Source: Bacteroidales bacterium (GTDB lineage: Bacteria > Bacteroidota > Bacteroidia > Bacteroidales > WCHB1-69). Taken from it: 64,000 nt of DNA. The notes beneath the pieces are model-generated. The model saw nothing but the letters and a program-made list of their open reading frames with translations, did no database searches and had not been told where the DNA came from. This document shows positions 9,599 through 19,853 of the stretch, one piece after another. The number at the start of each line of letters is the position of its first letter. Within the stretch, counting starts at the first letter, position 1. The DNA is taken from the NCBI GenBank assembly GCA_031553535.1, contig JAVBLM010000017.1, positions 13,542-77,541 on the forward strand. The letters run 5' to 3'. The translations under genes and the position numbers were made by a program.

Positions 9599-10903
9599 AT
9601 GAAAAAAGTCATATTTATTTTAGCCATTCTAATCTGCCCTTTTACTTCTTTTTCAGATACAATAACCCCTGCTTCGTGGAAAAAAGGCAACGGAACTGAA
9701 AAAAAACCTTATCTGATTGAATCGGCAGAACATTTATATTATCTTTCTTTGCAGGTTAACAACGGTAATGATTACGAACATATTTATTTTCGTTTAACAA
9801 CCGATATAGATCTCCAAGGAAATAAAAAAAATCAATGGAAGCCTATAGGATCTGCTACCCATCCTTTTAAAGGTAATTTCAATGGAAATCATTTCGAAAT
9901 AATAAATTTATATATTGCAACTCCTTCATTGGATTATGTCGGTTTTTTCGGATATGTTCTTACAGGGAATATTGAGAATACAGGTATCTCTATTAACAGT
10001 TCCGTAACAGGAAAAGATCATGTTGGGGGAATTGTTGGCTATCAAATGGATGGAAGCCTTTCCAATTGTTACAACAAAGCAAGAATAAACGGCAAAAATA
10101 ATGTCGGGGGAATTGTGGGTTATCAATACAACACAATAATCAAATCAAGCTATAATACCGGACCGGTAAACGGAAAATGGTATGTGGGAGGTATTGCTGG
10201 TATGGGTTATGGGAATACCCATATTATCAATTGTTACAATACCGGAAATGTAAACGGAGAATATTATATAGGTGGCATTATCGGGAAAATAGACGGTTAT
10301 AGATACACCGCATCTGTAACAAATTGTTACCAGGAATCCATATTTGATAAAATAGGGCTTATCGGAACCGGAATCTCGATAGAAGTACTCAACTGTTATC
10401 ACGCAAATGTTTCGGGAATGAAGATTGAGAAGTTCGGGACCGTTATGGATCATGATGAAATGAAATCGGATTCTTTTCTTATAAAATTAAGTAATGGGGA
10501 AAATATTTGGACAAAAGATAAAGAGCCATTTGTAAACAGCGGCTATCCTATTCTTGCATCTATGAAGTATAACGGTATTTTTACGAATGAAGCAACGGGC
10601 ATTGCGGAGAAAACAGCCACCTTGCATGGTAATTTTATCTCCGAAAAAGAAACAATTATAAGCAAGGGATTCGAATACAAAGCAGAAAATTCAAGTCAGT
10701 TTACAAATATCACTGTTGAGTCTGAATCATTTTCTTTCGATTTAACCGATCTGACTCCTTATACAAAGTACACATTCCGGGCATTTGTTATAACGGATAA
10801 AGGAAAGATTACCGGAAGAAATATCGAATTTCATACCCTGGCCGAGAAATGCGGACCAGATTGCGGACACAAACATCAGCATCATCATATCTTTGATCAT
10901 TAA
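9599..10903 (+). CDS. Secreted GLUG-repeat protein with FN3-like domain and Cys/His-rich tail
   Basis: Signal peptide from ATG 9599; GNGTEKKPYLI, FKGNFNGN, repeated VGGIVG/NCYNTG; LTPYTKYTFRAF; tail CGPDCGHKHQHHH. Confidence 0.75.
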   Translation: MKKVIFILAILICPFTSFSDTITPASWKKGNGTEKKPYLIESAEHLYYLSLQVNNGNDYEHIYFRLTTDIDLQGNKKNQWKPIGSATHPFKGNFNGNHFEIINLYIATPSLDYVGFFGYVLTGNIENTGISINSSVTGKDHVGGIVGYQMDGSLSNCYNKARINGKNNVGGIVGYQYNTIIKSSYNTGPVNGKWYVGGIAGMGYGNTHIINCYNTGNVNGEYYIGGIIGKIDGYRYTASVTNCYQESIFDKIGLIGTGISIEVLNCYHANVSGMKIEKFGTVMDHDEMKSDSFLIKLSNGENIWTKDKEPFVNSGYPILASMKYNGIFTNEATGIAEKTATLHGNFISEKETIISKGFEYKAENSSQFTNITVESESFSFDLTDLTPYTKYTFRAFVITDKGKITGRNIEFHTLAEKCGPDCGHKHQHHHIFDH

Positions 10904-11293
10904 AACATAATCTCTTTTAAGTAAATCCATCTTTTTGGGGATAAATGTCCATACAGCAATATATAATCCCGTTCCAGCCTTGAGAAACCTGCAAGAACTA
11001 TAAAGGAACAATAAAACAGAATGGTGAATATAGCAGGAAAAACATCATTATTAATATAAATCCGGGGTTTATTTATTTTGATTAATAACTGTTTATTGAT
11101 TCTTAAAGAAGTTTTCCCATTCAAGAAGTTGCAATCAAGTACAACGAAAATCATATTTATAGTGCTTTTGATGGTTTCATTGTTTTCTTGTGACCTTCAC
11201 ATATTTGTGAGATGCACAATAAGTTCAGAATATTTCTGGCGATTAAAACCTTCCGATTTATATCCCGAACCCACATTATTATTAGCTTTAATC

Positions 11294-11325
11294 CCGAATT
11301 TCGGCAAGCATATTCCGAATTTCGG
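11294..11325 (+). promoter_or_regulatory. Candidate LytTR binding site: two palindromic CCGAATTTCGG units 21 bp apart
   Basis: 11294-11304 and 11315-11325, upstream of TAATTTTG (~11380) and the LytS/LytTR pair. Confidence 0.55.
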
Positions 11326-11457
11326 TTATTTATATTTACATTTGAGCAACCTAAATCTAAATACTATTTTGATAAGTGATAATTTTGCAATATGAATAAA
11401 ACTACTTTATAAAGTTTTAATGTTTTTATATTATAAATCCGGTTATAACAAAAAAGT

Positions 11458-12492
11458 ATGAAAAAAACATACAATCCATACAGCACCAAAAATGCGATTC
11501 TGATAGCAATGGCAATTTGTTTATTGCAATATATCTTGCTCACAACCGCATCTTTGCTCACGTTCAATCCGACAAGCCGAAGCGTGGTGTCGGGGGCAAG
11601 TATTATTTATGATGTTGTGATTTCGTATGTTGGCAGTGTTATTTCGGTATTTGTCCTTTTGTTATTCAGTTTTTGGTTGGTGCAGAAAAATAGTGAAGGT
11701 TACAAGAAATATTTGCTTCTGTTTTTCGGATTGTTAGCGATAACTGTACCTTTGAGTTTTCTGTTTTATCATATTTTCGATTTTCTGTTATCCAATCAAA
11801 CTCTTCATGCCGATAAAGTGATTTACAAAAAATTGATGCAAGATGTTGGTTTTGCTTTTATTGTATTTGTCATAACCATTGCAATTTCTTCGATGGTTAG
11901 GAATCAAAAATTGGCAGCAGAGAGCATCTGCAATCGTTATGAAGCTCTTAAAAGTCAGCTTGACCCGCATTTTCTTTTTAATTCACTCAATACATTGGAC
12001 GGACTTATCGGTTATGATGATGAAAAGGCTCATAACTACCTTCAAAATCTTTCTCTGACATTTAGATACACTATTCAAAATAAAGAAATATTAGAATTGG
12101 AGGACGAACTTAAGCTTATTGAAGCGTATGCTTATTTGATGAAAATCCGTTATGGAGATAATTTGTCGATGAAATACAACATTGAAGGACGTTATCGTTC
12201 ATATCTTATTTTGCCGGTAAGTCTTCAATTGCTTGTTGAAAATGCAATAAAGCATAATGCCATTAATGATAAAAATCCATTAACCATATCTATAGAAACC
12301 ACAACAAAGGAGACTGTTAAAGTAACAAACAATAAAAATCCCAGAATCGATAAAGACCTTAATTGTGGTATTGGATTAAGCAACCTGGCAGAAAGATTCA
12401 TGTTGGTTTTTAACAAAAAGATAAAAACAGAAGACACTGATGACTATTTCTCTGTAGAACTGCCATTGATTGAACAAGTGAAAAATAATTGA
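11458..12492 (+). CDS. LytS/YehU-type sensor histidine kinase
   Basis: N-terminal TM helices, LKSQLDPHFLFNSLNTL, LQLLVENAIKHN, GIGLSNL. Confidence 0.92.
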   Translation: MKKTYNPYSTKNAILIAMAICLLQYILLTTASLLTFNPTSRSVVSGASIIYDVVISYVGSVISVFVLLLFSFWLVQKNSEGYKKYLLLFFGLLAITVPLSFLFYHIFDFLLSNQTLHADKVIYKKLMQDVGFAFIVFVITIAISSMVRNQKLAAESICNRYEALKSQLDPHFLFNSLNTLDGLIGYDDEKAHNYLQNLSLTFRYTIQNKEILELEDELKLIEAYAYLMKIRYGDNLSMKYNIEGRYRSYLILPVSLQLLVENAIKHNAINDKNPLTISIETTTKETVKVTNNKNPRIDKDLNCGIGLSNLAERFMLVFNKKIKTEDTDDYFSVELPLIEQVKNN

Positions 12493-12551
12493 AGATATAG
12501 AAGAAGTTACGGGAAATTACAATGAATCAAATCCATAAATAACCAATAAAG

Positions 12552-13313
12552 ATGAAAGCACTAATAATTGAAGATGAAATTGTTGCAGCACAAAGCTTAC
12601 AGCGGCTAATTCAGGAAATAGACTCTGGTATAGAAATTATATCCGTACTTAAAAGTGTTGAAGAAAGTATTGAATGGTTTTCATCCGGAAATTTACCCGA
12701 TTTGATTTTTATGGATATTCATTTATCGGATGGGTCTGCATTTTCTATTTTTAATAAAATAACTATTGATTGTCCGATTATATTCACGACGGCTTACGAT
12801 CAATATGCTCTTAACGCATTTGAAGTAAACAGTATAGACTACCTACTTAAACCGGTAAATAAAAAGGAGCTGGAAAGGGCTATTACAAAATATAAGAATT
12901 TCAGCTCTTCAAAAAAGATTAACAATGACACCTTATCCGAATTATTTGAAATGATAAAAAACAAGAAAAGCGATTATAAATCCCGTTTCTTGATTCCTTA
13001 CAAGGATAAATTTCTTTCCCTGGATGTTGCTGATATCGCTTATATTTACTCTGAAAACAAGATGGCACGCATTGTATCAATGAAAGATCAAGGTTATCAG
13101 ATGAATACTTCTTTGGAAGAAATATCCAAACAGCTTGATCCAACTTTGTTTTTCAGGGCGAATCGTCAGTTTATTATTTCCCGTGAATCGGTAAAGGATA
13201 TATATAGCTGGTTTGATAGTAAATTAGCGGTAAATCTACATGTACCCACTCCTGAAAAGATAGTTATAAGCAGGGCTCGGGTTTTAGAGTTTAAAACATG
13301 GTACACAAAATAA
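12552..13313 (+). CDS. LytTR family response regulator
   Basis: IIEDE, FMDIHL, FTTAYDQYAL, DYLLKP, FFRANRQFII. Confidence 0.95.
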   Translation: MKALIIEDEIVAAQSLQRLIQEIDSGIEIISVLKSVEESIEWFSSGNLPDLIFMDIHLSDGSAFSIFNKITIDCPIIFTTAYDQYALNAFEVNSIDYLLKPVNKKELERAITKYKNFSSSKKINNDTLSELFEMIKNKKSDYKSRFLIPYKDKFLSLDVADIAYIYSENKMARIVSMKDQGYQMNTSLEEISKQLDPTLFFRANRQFIISRESVKDIYSWFDSKLAVNLHVPTPEKIVISRARVLEFKTWYTK

Positions 13314-13378
13314 TTAAGAATTAATAGTTAATAATTAAGCTAAAATGTGAATGAAGAATCATTTATAACTTTCACAAA

Positions 13379-14146
13379 ATGGAACTCAAAGGAAAAACGT
13401 TCATTGTAACCGGAGGGGACAACGACATAGGAAAAGAACTGATTGCAATATTATTGTCAAAAAAATGCAAAGTAATTGCCGTGAATTTCAAAGAATCAAC
13501 CTTACAACAAACAATAAATAATGATTTTTTGACGGTTTTAACTGCTGATATAACCAATGAAAAATCGGTTGAATTATTGTATGAAAAATCACTTTCTATT
13601 TATGGAACTATCGACGGGATTATTAACAATGCCGGAATTATCAAGCCTTTCCGGAATTTAAACGATTTAAGCTTTGAAACAATTGAACGCATTTTCAATA
13701 TTAATTATTACGGGACTTTATATTTATCCAAGATATTCCTTCCTTATTTGTTCTCTCGTCCGGAAGCAAATCTTGTTCTTAGTGTAGGGCCTTCTTTGTC
13801 TGTCTCACAAAAAGCAACTTGCCGAAACTCTAAAGTGATGTCTTCCCTTAAAATGCTGGTGGAAGGATTACGTTCGGAATTGTTGGACACAACTATAAAA
13901 GTAATGACTGTCGCTTCGGGGATCATTCCGGCCAGTAATAATCAAAAAGATAGTTCTACAATATTTCCTTCGGATGCAGCTCTGGCGATTATAAACGGAA
14001 TGGAAAAAGGATCTGCATATATTGACATTGCCAGAAATTCAACTTATATATCCCGTTCGAGTCTATTTATTCACCAAATAATAAAAAGAATAGCTAATTA
14101 TAGACTAATTAAACAAAAAAATCAGAATCAATATGATGTTAATTAA
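13379..14146 (+). CDS. SDR-family protein with degenerate catalytic motifs
   Basis: INNAGII retained; TGGDNDIG in place of TGxxxGIG; no YxxxK. Confidence 0.7.
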   Translation: MELKGKTFIVTGGDNDIGKELIAILLSKKCKVIAVNFKESTLQQTINNDFLTVLTADITNEKSVELLYEKSLSIYGTIDGIINNAGIIKPFRNLNDLSFETIERIFNINYYGTLYLSKIFLPYLFSRPEANLVLSVGPSLSVSQKATCRNSKVMSSLKMLVEGLRSELLDTTIKVMTVASGIIPASNNQKDSSTIFPSDAALAIINGMEKGSAYIDIARNSTYISRSSLFIHQIIKRIANYRLIKQKNQNQYDVN

Positions 14147-14531
14147 TGGCATAAGTCTCCTTATACTGGGGATTTTTACGGTTCCTACCCTGTTTCTTCC
14201 CGACAAATGGGCAATTAAAATCTCACCATATAAAAAACAAGTTGGAATTATTTATCTTGTTTTAGGGATTTTAGAAATAACACTTTGTCTTATAAACCCC
14301 GGTTGGCTTGCTCTTTCATTATTTGTCCGGATAATCACATTGGTATGCGCTGTTGATAAAATAACGGTAGGTTTTATGTTAGGACGTAATATCATAGCAC
14401 GGATTTTCAACAAAAACGATAATAAGAAAATCACAAAAGAGAATATAGATTATATTAATTTTAAGACTACCTTGGGGATTATTTCTATCGGGCTTGGGTT
14501 CTGTCTTATAGCTCTGTACATACTATTATAA
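14133..14531 (+). CDS. Small integral membrane hypothetical protein
   Basis: About four hydrophobic segments; overlaps the upstream SDR stop. Confidence 0.6.
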   Translation: MMLINGISLLILGIFTVPTLFLPDKWAIKISPYKKQVGIIYLVLGILEITLCLINPGWLALSLFVRIITLVCAVDKITVGFMLGRNIIARIFNKNDNKKITKENIDYINFKTTLGIISIGLGFCLIALYILL

Positions 14532-14788
14532 ATAGCCTCTAATCTTACACATCATTAGAGCCTAAGCTAAGACACCCGGAGATATTCTTTGCTTAAGCGC
14601 ATAAATACATTGTGAAACAACTCTATTTAGATAAGATGATTGAGACAGGAATTTCGATCGAATGGAGATTGTTTGTATCCTTTCGCAAGCTAAAACACAG
14701 AAAAAAAACTATGTTAAGGGAAAAATCACAAATATTAATTCAAGAGCTTTTTTATTGTACATTTGTTGTTTTATTTCAGGGTGAAGTA

Positions 14789-15190
14789 ATGAGACTTATA
14801 AAGCAATTTTTTCTTTCTTTTGGATGGGGGATTATTATCTTAATACTGATCATAATTCCCGGGGATTTCATTCCGCATGTACATACCTTTTCAGAATGGC
14901 TGCAATGGGATAAAATTACCCATCTCATTCTATTTGGGACATTTAGTTTTACTATATTGATAGGGTTTTCTAAATATCATCCTTCTGTTATTCGAAAAAA
15001 ACATTATTTATTCGCATTTATTATTTCCGTTTTATATGGAGGATTAACAGAATGCCTGCAATATGTTTTGGATATGGGAAGAGACGGCAATGTATATGAT
15101 TTTTATGCCAATATCGTAGGAGCATTTCTAGGATGCTTGTTATTCTTTTTATATAAAAAACATACTATGAACAAAGTAAAAAGTAATTGA
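14789..15190 (+). CDS. VanZ family membrane protein
   Basis: DKITHLILFG, YGGLTECLQ, RDGNVYDFYANIVGA; ATG 14789. Confidence 0.85.
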   Translation: MRLIKQFFLSFGWGIIILILIIIPGDFIPHVHTFSEWLQWDKITHLILFGTFSFTILIGFSKYHPSVIRKKHYLFAFIISVLYGGLTECLQYVLDMGRDGNVYDFYANIVGAFLGCLLFFLYKKHTMNKVKSN

Positions 15191-15288
15191 TATTAACATT
15201 GTATATGTTTTATAATCAAACAAATAAATTTAAGAAAAAAAAATGCGGTAAAATGCAAAAAGTAAAAATAATTTTACTTACTTTGTAG

Positions 15289-16851
<1,563 letters not shown>

Positions 16852-16871
16852 TCCTTCGAAATAATTAATGT

Positions 16872-17123
16872 ATGAATGTCGAAATTATAACGCCTGAAGA
16901 CTTAGTTTATAAAGGAGAAGTATCATTGATACAACTACCCGGAATGGATGGATTATTCGAATTACTGGAGAACCATGCCCCGATGATAACCGTATTATCA
17001 AACGGAAATGTAAAGCTTGTCGAAAAAAACAACAATACTGTTTTCTTCACAATACAAGGCGGAGTAGTTGAAGTATTAAAAAACAAAGTCCTAGTTCTTG
17101 CTGAAGGTTGCAAACGCAAGTAG
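16872..17123 (+). CDS. atpC: F1F0 ATP synthase subunit epsilon (short form)
   Basis: EIITPE, LPGMDGLFELLENHAP, GGVVEV; follows atpD. Confidence 0.9.
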   Translation: MNVEIITPEDLVYKGEVSLIQLPGMDGLFELLENHAPMITVLSNGNVKLVEKNNNTVFFTIQGGVVEVLKNKVLVLAEGCKRK

Positions 17124-17140
17124 GACCGGTTTATAGATTA

Positions 17141-17174
17141 AAGAACCCTGTCTTTTTAAAGATGGGGTTTTCTG
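17141..17174 (+). terminator. Rho-independent terminator after atpC
   Basis: aaccctgtcttt/aaagatggggtt stem followed by T-rich tract. Confidence 0.7.
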
Positions 17175-17376
17175 TTTCTTAGATCAACAAAAATAGCTGT
17201 TTCATCCTTAACAAATAAACAGCTATTTTGGAAGGACAATTCTTGTGGGTCTTTAACAGATTATGAATCTTGATTTTATTATTAATCATATGAGGTTTGT
17301 TAATAAAAATCATATAATTCTAAACTTTTATCTTTATTTTTCCGTTGAGACAGTATCTTTAACATAACAAATTAAA

Positions 17377-18777
17377 ATGAAAATTGAATTTATAGGCGCT
17401 ATTGCGGAAGTTACAGGAAGTAAATTTCTAATTACTACAAAAAACAACAAAAAACTCCTTCTCGATTGCGGGATGTTTCAAGGGAAAGGGCTTGAAACAG
17501 ATTCCATGAACCGGGACTTGGGCTTTGAACCTTCTGAAATTGATATCCTATTGCTATCTCATGCCCATATAGATCATTCCGGATTAATTCCTTATATCTG
17601 TAAAAAAGGATTTAAAGGAAAGATTTACTGTACACATGCAACACGTGATCTGTGCTCGATAATGCTTCCCGATTCGGGAAATATCCAGGAAAGTGATACC
17701 GGCGATTTCAATAAAAAAAGGAGCAGAATAGGATTGCCTCCGGTAGAACCGATTTATACTGCCCGCGATGCATTTGCTTCGCTTCGTTTCTTTGTCAGTA
17801 TGCCTCTTGATCTGGAAATCACGATCGAAGAAGGAGTAAAGGTTATCTTTACCAACACAGGGCATATTCTGGGAGGATCGGCAGTAAACCTGACTATTAC
17901 AGAAGACGGTGTGGAGAAACGCCTTTGCTATACCGGAGATATCGGAAGATATGACAAACATTTACTTATTGATCCGTCCCCATTTCCACAAGCAGATTAT
18001 ATTATTGCAGAATCAACCTACGGGGACCGGAAACATGAACCTGTCAACTCTGCAGAAGAAAAACTGGCTTTGATTGTACAGGATACATGTGTAAAGAAAT
18101 TGGGAAAGTTACTTATCCCTTCCTTTGCTATCGGCAGGTGTCAAGAGATCATCTACACCCTGAATAATCTTAAAAAAGCAAAGAGATTGCCTGATGTCCC
18201 TATTTTTGTTGACAGCCCGTTAGCGGTATCTGCTACGGATATTTTCCGCTTGCATACGGAATGTTTTAAAGAGGATGTCTTAGATATTATCCGCACTCAA
18301 AAAGATCCTTTCGGTTTCGATAATTTACATTATATCCGTACGGTAGAAGATTCGAAGAAGCTCAATACTTATAATCGCCCATGCATTATTATTTCTGCAT
18401 CGGGGATGATGGAAGCAGGACGTATCAAGCATCATCTTGCAAATAATATTGAAGACAAGAAAACAACAATTCTGGTTGTAGGGTATTGTGCCCCGAGAAC
18501 ATTGGGAAGAAAAATTGTCGACGGAGAAAAAATAGTATCTATATACGGAAATAAATATAAAGTAAACGCCGACATAGAAGAGATTGATGCTTTATCCGGA
18601 CATGGCGACTATGAAGAGATGTACAGATATTTGAGCTGTCAGGATAAGACAAAAGTAAAGGAAATGTTCCTTGTACATGGGGAAGTCCCCGCACAGCAGG
18701 TATACAAAAAATATCTGACCGATAACGGATTTGGAAATGTTTCCATTCCTACAAAAAGAGAAATAGTAGAATTATAA
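17377..18777 (+). CDS. MBL-fold beta-CASP ribonuclease family protein
   Basis: LDCGMFQG, SHAHIDHSG, GHILG, TGDIG, ESTYG, SGHGD, LVHGE. Confidence 0.92.
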   Translation: MKIEFIGAIAEVTGSKFLITTKNNKKLLLDCGMFQGKGLETDSMNRDLGFEPSEIDILLLSHAHIDHSGLIPYICKKGFKGKIYCTHATRDLCSIMLPDSGNIQESDTGDFNKKRSRIGLPPVEPIYTARDAFASLRFFVSMPLDLEITIEEGVKVIFTNTGHILGGSAVNLTITEDGVEKRLCYTGDIGRYDKHLLIDPSPFPQADYIIAESTYGDRKHEPVNSAEEKLALIVQDTCVKKLGKLLIPSFAIGRCQEIIYTLNNLKKAKRLPDVPIFVDSPLAVSATDIFRLHTECFKEDVLDIIRTQKDPFGFDNLHYIRTVEDSKKLNTYNRPCIIISASGMMEAGRIKHHLANNIEDKKTTILVVGYCAPRTLGRKIVDGEKIVSIYGNKYKVNADIEEIDALSGHGDYEEMYRYLSCQDKTKVKEMFLVHGEVPAQQVYKKYLTDNGFGNVSIPTKREIVEL

Positions 18778-18904
18778 TTTATTGAATATCGAGAAGTCGT
18801 GCAAACGATGGTTGGGAAACTACGCACAGCGACTATTTTGAATTCATCTTCAACTGTCTTTAATTATTCCTCTCTATCGGACAACAAACAAGATACAGTT
18901 AAAT

Positions 18905-18937
18905 AAAAAGCCGGTGAAACCTTATAATTTCACCGGC
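18905..18937 (-). terminator. Rho-independent terminator, likely the original terminator of the OmpA-family gene
   Basis: gccggtgaaa/tttcaccggc stem with minus-strand U tract. Confidence 0.75.
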
Positions 18938-18952
18938 CTATGACTATAAATA

Positions 18953-19838
18953 ACGTGAGTTCGGAATCGAGAACAATCATCCGTACATTATCCGGATTAA
19001 TTAAATTGGTAAATTGGGTGTAGAATTGGTAATGCTCTTCATTATAAAGAGGGTTGGGATTTATTCGTTTTATTTTCATGATAAATAGTTTTATATAATT
19101 AATAAAAAATAAATTACAGCATAAAGAAAAAGGGAAAGCGCGGAATGTACCGGCAGCCCGGATTCCGCGATTCTACCTTGTTCCTTGACGTCAGGCAGCC
19201 CAGATTCCGTGATTCTACCCTGTCCCTCCACGTCAGGCAGCCTAGATTCCGTGATTCTACCCTGTCCCTCGACGTCAGGCAGCCTAGATTCCGTGATTCT
19301 ACCCTGTCCCTCGACGTCGGACAGCCTAGATTCCGTGATTCTACCCTGTCCCTCGACGTCAGACAGCCTAGATTCCGTGATTCTACCCTGTCCCTCGGCG
19401 TGGGGCAGCCTGGATTCCATGAGTCTTCCTTGTCTCTGTTGGCGTAAAGCTGCACCAAAAGGAAATATATATGTTCAGAAGGTGGCCCGGCCTCATTTGT
19501 TCTATCAATACCGGCTCCCGGATTCCCAGGGGTATAGCATTTTGTCCGGTTGTATATAAATAAAAAATTCCTGTAAGGAAAGGAATGAATACCTTCTTTC
19601 ATTCTTTTCTCAAAGACCGGAAGATGATGTTGCCTGTTTTGCGGTATCATATAGGGGTCCATTTTAAAATCTTTTCAAGATAAACTACCTCGCAGCAGAG
19701 CTGACGAGGTAGTCAGTTGAATATTTTATTTGTTTTACCGAAGCAAAGCTTCGAGGAATTAAAACCTTTAAGTTATTAAATCATGTAAATCATTTCGATA
19801 TTGTTTAAACAAACTAAATTTTGATTCCGAACTCACGT
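18953..19838. mobile_element. Non-autonomous element (886 bp) with IS982-like terminal inverted repeats and 8-bp target-site duplication; no transposase
   Basis: ACGTGAGTTCGGAATC (18953-18968) and GATTCCGAACTCACGT (19823-19838) are a perfect inverted pair; TATAAATA at 18945-18952 and 19839-19846. Confidence 0.85.
19152..19447. repeat. Tandem array of 7 x 42-bp units (GGCAGCCTAGATTCCGTGATTCTACCCTGTCCCTCGACGTCA)
   Basis: Units start at 19152, 19194, 19236, 19278, 19320, 19362, 19404 (last degenerate). Confidence 0.95.
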
Positions 19839-19853
19839 TATAAATAGAAATCT

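Noticed and set aside
19152-19447. CRISPR array
   Set aside because: Units are contiguous tandem copies with no unique spacers, and there are no cas genes in the window.
19091-19662. Four overlapping ORFs across the 42-bp array as real genes
   Set aside because: Open frames on both strands follow from a stop-free unit whose length is a multiple of 3; none can be singled out.
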